NCBI GenBank assembly: GCA_034226945.1
Contig: CP120454.1
Location: 62,001 to 126,000 of the forward strand
DNA: 64,000 nt
DNA from: Picochlorum sp. SENEW3
Lineage: Eukaryota
Reading direction: 5' to 3'
Shown here: in pieces, positions 59,029 to 64,000 of the stretch
Position numbering within the stretch: the stretch's first letter is position 1
How the letters are laid out: each line of letters opens with the position of its first letter
The notes under the pieces: generated by a model
Seen by the model: only the letters and a program-made list of their open reading frames with translations
Told to the model about the DNA's origin: nothing
Database searches by the model: none
Translations under genes and position numbers: made by a program

Positions 59029-59550
59029 CTACTCTAAGAGACGTGCTCGTAGTATCTGGACCTGTGTGATGGGGCAATCGTTCCTATCAGTTTGTACATT
59101 TCCTATTCTCTTGACCACATCCATGCCTGAAAAGACCCTTCCAAATATGGTATGCTTTCCATCCAGATGAGGCTGTGGTGCTAATGTGATGAAAAATTGA
59201 CTTCCATTTGTGTTTGGTCCGCTATTTGCCATGCTTAGGATGCCTGCTCCAGTGTGTTTCAACTCTGGGTGGATTTCATCTTGGAAGGTTCTTCCATAGA
59301 TGGAGGATCCTCCTCTTCCTGTTCCTGTAGGGTCCCCTCCCTGTATCATAAAGTCTGGTATGATTCTGTGAAAGATTGTGCCATCGTAGTATCCCTGTTT
59401 GGTGAGTTCTATAAAGTTCTTGACTGTGGCTGGGGCGTGCTTGGTGTAGAGTTCAACGACACAGGTGCCAAGAGAGGTTTGGAGTGAGACCTGTGGGGCT
59501 TCTTCTTCTTTTGCTACTGCTGCATCTGAGGCTGCACTGTGCTTCTCCAT
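59029..59550 (-). CDS. PPIL1: Cyclophilin PPIL1 (CYP18-2 type)
   Basis: FHRIIPDFMIQGGDPTGTGRGGSSIYG, LKHTGAGILSMANSGPNTNGSQFF. Confidence 0.93.
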   Translation of the reverse strand: MEKHSAASDAAVAKEEEAPQVSLQTSLGTCVVELYTKHAPATVKNFIELTKQGYYDGTIFHRIIPDFMIQGGDPTGTGRGGSSIYGRTFQDEIHPELKHTGAGILSMANSGPNTNGSQFFITLAPQPHLDGKHTIFGRVFSGMDVVKRIGNVQTDRNDCPITQVQILRARLLE

Positions 59551-59742
59551 GTTTTTTTTCTCAAATTCCTTATTAGTAGTATTTTTGATTCAGAATACAT
59601 ACCAGTATAGGACGGTGTTATGCGCGATTGATCTGGCGCCTTGTTTGTGCTTCTCCTTAATATAGTACCGATTCGTGTCTCTTGATAAAAGAAAAAGAGA
59701 CATTCTTATAACTGATTACAGGTATGTTTGTTAACAAGCATA

Positions 59743-61621
59743 CTAAAGATTCATGTTGGTCTGGTGTCGTTGTGTTAATTTGAGTCCCTGGAGGAGTTCT
59801 AGGATCTGTGAGCCTGAGAATTGCATTGATGGGTCCATGCCTGGCATGGCAGGGACTTCTGGGGGTGGGCCACAGAGGTATTGTTCTTGCTCGTGCAAGA
59901 GTGTATTCAAAGCACTACGCAAGGCATCTGTTGCTTCTTGACCGCCGGACACGTTTTGTAGCGTCTCCTTGAGTTGGATTCTCCATTGCTCATCTTTGGT
60001 ATCATCACATGCTCTGGTGAGGATGTGTACCATTTCAATACTAAATCCAGCCAGTGGATCTTTTCCAGGGACTTTATCGATTGATGCATGGATGGTATCG
60101 ATGATTTGTCGGAACATGTCTGTATCGTCCAAGATCTGTCTCCACAAGCCACAGGATCCGCTCTGATCTGATGTTGCTATGCGGGCCATTTTGACAACGT
60201 GGGATTGCACCGTGCTGCAGTATGGGTGCTTGAGGGCAAGTCGGACAGATTCTCTCAGAATCTGTGTCTTACTGAATGCATTGACAATGACGGGACAATC
60301 AGCCTGCAAGGCAGTTGCAGCCAGCATGGCAGCCATGGCCCTGTGGCTTCCAATAGATTTGGAAGATATTGTCGTCTTTTTCGCATGGTGAGATGCTTCA
60401 GTACTCAGACACTCTTCTATGAGGTTCATGTGAGTAAGTGAGGCATGCAACGATGTCTGCAAATCACCCTCCTCTGTGTCTGGTAATAGTGGGAGCTGCA
60501 CACATGGTCAGGTGAATGATGATACATGATGTCGCCCATTCAAAGTACGATTGCGCGCACCAAGTCGCCTATAGGATAAATAAATATAGATATTCATACC
60601 TGACATGATGAGAGCTCGGCTCCTAAAAATTCGTTCAAGGAAAATAGCTTTGATCCAATACTAGCAGGGACAGCATCAAAATGAAACACGCCAGCCCCCG
60701 TCTCGCTCACAGAATCCACTTCTTCCTTCTGGCGATATAATTGCATTGCATCAGATATCTGTAGACAAATTGATCACGTAAACACATGTTTGGTGATACA
60801 TTGCACAACAGATGGAGTCGTCAGAAACACGAATCATCGGCATTGTCTCCTCCGATGGTTGATCCTATATGTTTTCGTCTCATCATCCGACTCACAACAT
60901 GATATTTTTATATCATGCATCAAATCATGGCAAAAGGAACATCTCAACTACATACCTCTTCCCACAGAGCACACACTTCCTCTTCAATATTCAGCTGCTC
61001 TGCATGTTCCATGTACTGATTCTCATTCATCTCCTCTTCCTCATCCCCATTCCCGACTTGGAATAAATCTTGAACAATCCTACTGTACTGATCTGGTGTT
61101 TGCTGCTGCTCATCGTCACGAATATCCTCAGGCTGGTGATCAGCAACACGATTACTCAGCCACTCCACTTTGATCACCCGCCTCACATCCATCATGCCTC
61201 GAAGGGCCTCGATTCCCTCGTCTTCCAACGACATTTGCTGGTTTTTCACATTTAATTCTATTAGGTCCGTTGCACCTCCTTCTTTTAAACAATCACACAA
61301 TGCCACAATACCTGTGTCTGTAATGACATTCCCAGACACATCCAAAGATAAAACATGCGTATTATTCTTCAATGCTGCACATAATTTCTCTACATCACCG
61401 TCATCCATTCCGCAAGAATTCAACTGAATCCATAATGCATCTTCCTCATTCTTTTGTATAGAATCTATCGCTGTACGAATAGCAGCATCCTTTTTCCCAC
61501 TCTTCTTCTTCTTGTTCTTCTTCTTCTTCTTCTTACTGCTGCTGCTACTCTTTTGCTGCTTTTCGTCAATAATCGCGTCCGTAGACACGAAATTGCCCTT
61601 ATCTTCCTCTACATCACTCAT
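59743..61621 (-). CDS. Unknown protein: ribonuclease-inhibitor-type LRRs plus SAPS-like helical C-terminus; 2 introns
   Basis: LCAALKNNTHVLSLDVSGNVITDTGIVALC LRR; middle exon about 60600-60760 flanked by GT/AG; C-terminal exon ORF 59743-60501. Confidence 0.65.
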
Positions 61622-62067
61622 CCTTTGCTGGTATTTGTGAACTTTTCGGTACCACAAGCAGGCGACAATGAGTCCACGACGAATCCGCCTCTATTCAATC
61701 TCGCAACACCTTATAACGCCATCTATTGACCAAAATTATACATTGTTATCGGATATATCGAACGGCGTTGTCTAAAATGGTGGCAGAGGCAACAGACAAG
61801 CCTCGTCCTGCACAGGCGCCTCCCTTCACTCTGTTGCAAAAACTGCCATTGGAGACATCTCAGTGTGTAAAAAATTGACAAAATTGCTGTGTATGCGTCG
61901 GAAACATGGATCGACACTCGTAGGAGAGATGCTGCCAGGAAGCTTCGCGACTCTGTAAATAAAACATTTCGACAGAAATCTCGATCGAATCATTTGCATG
62001 CAAAAGTCCTGCATGCATACGCTAGTGCCATACAATGATTTATTTTTAAAATTTTAGGGGTGTCGTG

Positions 62068-63984
62068 ATGGCTGATGTGTTTCAGGACGTGAGCAGAGCG
62101 TGCTGTGCCTTGTATGCGCTGGAGGGAACGAGTACTGACAGCAATAACGAGGATACACCAGGCTATCGAGAGCGATATCTGAGTCTATTGAATTATGTGA
62201 AAGAAAGAGGGGGTAGGAGGGAGCTTATGCGGCCGTGCGTGAGGCTGATTGGGACCTTTGTAGACAGGTTTCCCTCCCTTGCCAAGGATGCGGAGCAAGC
62301 GCTGACGCAAATCGTCACACGATATGTACAGAATGATGATCATGTGAGATTCGAAGACTGTGTGGAAGCGCTGAATGGGATTGGTCGGATTGAGGGAGGG
62401 GCATTGCAAGAACATGTACTGAGCAAGTTTATGGTCATGTTGATGAGTCTTCAAGGGGCAGAGGAGCTGCGGCAGGGCTTTATTGCAGCGTTACGGGCTT
62501 GCCCTGGAGTTGCTTTAAAAATTCTGTGTGATATAGTGAATAGAAAGGATATAGATAGTGTGGAGAAAAAGGCAGGAGACTGTGTGATGACCTCTGTCAT
62601 GGATGACTCCATGTTGCTAGTCTCCGAGTATGAGCCTGATCTAGTAACGCATGGGGCTGTGGTGAATAGTGTATTAGAAAGTATTATTGATAGGCATGGG
62701 CACGAGACAATGCTGGCAGAGTGCCAGAGGTACATGCAAGCCCTGATGGTGAATGTGTCAGTGAATGACACAGAGTCTGTGAAAAGAGTGATGGATCGGT
62801 TGACGAAAAAGGTCTTTCAGAGAGTCAAACTTGGTGTTGCGGATGATGGAGTAGATTTGGACAAAGAATTGGCGCTAGATGACATGGAGGAAGGTGAATT
62901 ATTGGATACAGTACCGGTGACTGCAGCACCTCGTGGTGTAGAGAATGGAAGTATCCAAGGTATTGTTCCAAAGAAGATTGTGCACGGCATAGAGATACAT
63001 GGTCTGCCCGAATCAGTCGATTCAAGTGTTATTCGTGATGACTGTGATAAATTCACAGGTGTAAAGGATGTGGTGCGCCAGAAGGAGGGCTCCATGGTGA
63101 CTGTCATGTGTACATCCATGCCTGGGACAGTGCGGTGTTATGAAGCCATGTGTACTCGTGCTGAAGCGTTCTGGTCTATCGGTGGGTTGGAGGAGGCGCC
63201 TCAAGTGGAACTTGCTTCCTATACAAGGGCTGTGGAAGCTGGTGCACATGTGAAGCATGTTCATATTTTATTACCTGGAGTGGAGCATGCAGAGCAAGAA
63301 GATACGATCAAAGAAACGTTACGAGAAGCAAATATAGGAATGCCTTCTTCGTTGACGCCTGTGAATGTAGGAATGAAGGGGCTGATCTTGTCTTTTGATA
63401 ACGATGAGAGTGTGAATATGGCGTTTGCATGCCTTGGTGGGGTGGAGGAGGAGAGGGAAAGCCTCAAGAGGTCAAGGGACGCTGCTGATACTGTGGATGA
63501 AGCAAATCCAAAGAGGGACAGAAGAGGCCCGTCTGAGACGATGGGACAATGGAGTGGCCAAATTATTAGGAATAAGCAATTGCAGTGCTCTGTGATTGCT
63601 ACCATAGCTGATGGTTCTCTGTCGTCACATGCGTATGGAGCACCAGAGCCACAGGAATGGCCACAATCTCTCGAGGTAAATCAGAGAGCAGACGTGAAAT
63701 ACCTGTGTGATACATTGTTTCCATCCACAGATGCAAGCCATAAGCAAATAGCACTTTTTCAGCCATTACAAGAGGCTGATGAGAAGGGTTTGAATGGCTT
63801 TGATCAATATTTAAGGCAGAAACAGAGGGCAGGTGTTGTTTTCCTGCCTCCTATTGCCCCATCTACTTCACAGAGAACAATGTACTTGATTCCTGTGACG
63901 GATGACGTATGCTACAGGCTTCAGATTGATCATCACAAGATTCCATGGCCCTCAATGATCGGAATCGTAATTCACCGTCCATAA
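62068..63984 (+). CDS. SPOC-domain protein with degenerate RRM-like domains (Spen/FPA-like)
   Basis: WSGQIIRNK, WPQSLEVNQRADV, FDQYLRQKQRAGVV, RTMYLIP (SPOC); IEIHGLPE (RNP2-like). Confidence 0.8.
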   Translation: MADVFQDVSRACCALYALEGTSTDSNNEDTPGYRERYLSLLNYVKERGGRRELMRPCVRLIGTFVDRFPSLAKDAEQALTQIVTRYVQNDDHVRFEDCVEALNGIGRIEGGALQEHVLSKFMVMLMSLQGAEELRQGFIAALRACPGVALKILCDIVNRKDIDSVEKKAGDCVMTSVMDDSMLLVSEYEPDLVTHGAVVNSVLESIIDRHGHETMLAECQRYMQALMVNVSVNDTESVKRVMDRLTKKVFQRVKLGVADDGVDLDKELALDDMEEGELLDTVPVTAAPRGVENGSIQGIVPKKIVHGIEIHGLPESVDSSVIRDDCDKFTGVKDVVRQKEGSMVTVMCTSMPGTVRCYEAMCTRAEAFWSIGGLEEAPQVELASYTRAVEAGAHVKHVHILLPGVEHAEQEDTIKETLREANIGMPSSLTPVNVGMKGLILSFDNDESVNMAFACLGGVEEERESLKRSRDAADTVDEANPKRDRRGPSETMGQWSGQIIRNKQLQCSVIATIADGSLSSHAYGAPEPQEWPQSLEVNQRADVKYLCDTLFPSTDASHKQIALFQPLQEADEKGLNGFDQYLRQKQRAGVVFLPPIAPSTSQRTMYLIPVTDDVCYRLQIDHHKIPWPSMIGIVIHRP

Positions 63985-64000
63985 CCATGATTATGGATTA

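Overview
Gene-dense nuclear DNA of a compact-genome chlorophyte green alga. Evidence: short GT-AG introns of mostly about 60-100 nt, TGTAA poly(A) signals after many stops, plastid- and mitochondrion-targeted proteins, and calredoxin. A Picochlorum-like trebouxiophyte is my inference, not something I can verify. I can model about 40 protein-coding genes, mostly housekeeping or metabolic: DEAH/DEAD helicases, golgin-84, GGPPS, ALG10, SmE, Obg, starch synthase III, accA, PECT, COQ1/SPS, RPS2, NEET, Tic20, NUS1, purple acid phosphatase, TFIIIC subunit 1, LrgB/PLGG1, nucleoside hydrolase, two tandem thioredoxins, an ATM-type ABC transporter, a modular GH18 chitinase, L-galactose dehydrogenase, RIX1, TAM41, NDH-2, uL22m, calredoxin, PPIL1 and a SPOC protein. 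I see no rRNA, tRNA, CRISPR array or intact mobile element. The most interesting signals lie outside the ORF track. (1) Three long gaps between divergent genes hold densely base-paired elements: about 500 nt at 23.2-23.7 kb and about 230 nt at 14.75-14.98 kb, neither of which I can assign to a known family, and a U17/snR30-like H/ACA snoRNA candidate at 31.7-31.87 kb. (2) Golgin-84 appears to start at a CUG codon. (3) The DDX3/Ded1 intron holds a candidate poison exon. (4) Several co-directional genes are only 34-74 nt apart. (5) There is a pseudogenised bacterial/fungal-type methyltransferase. All structures and gene models were derived by eye and need computational and RNA-seq confirmation.
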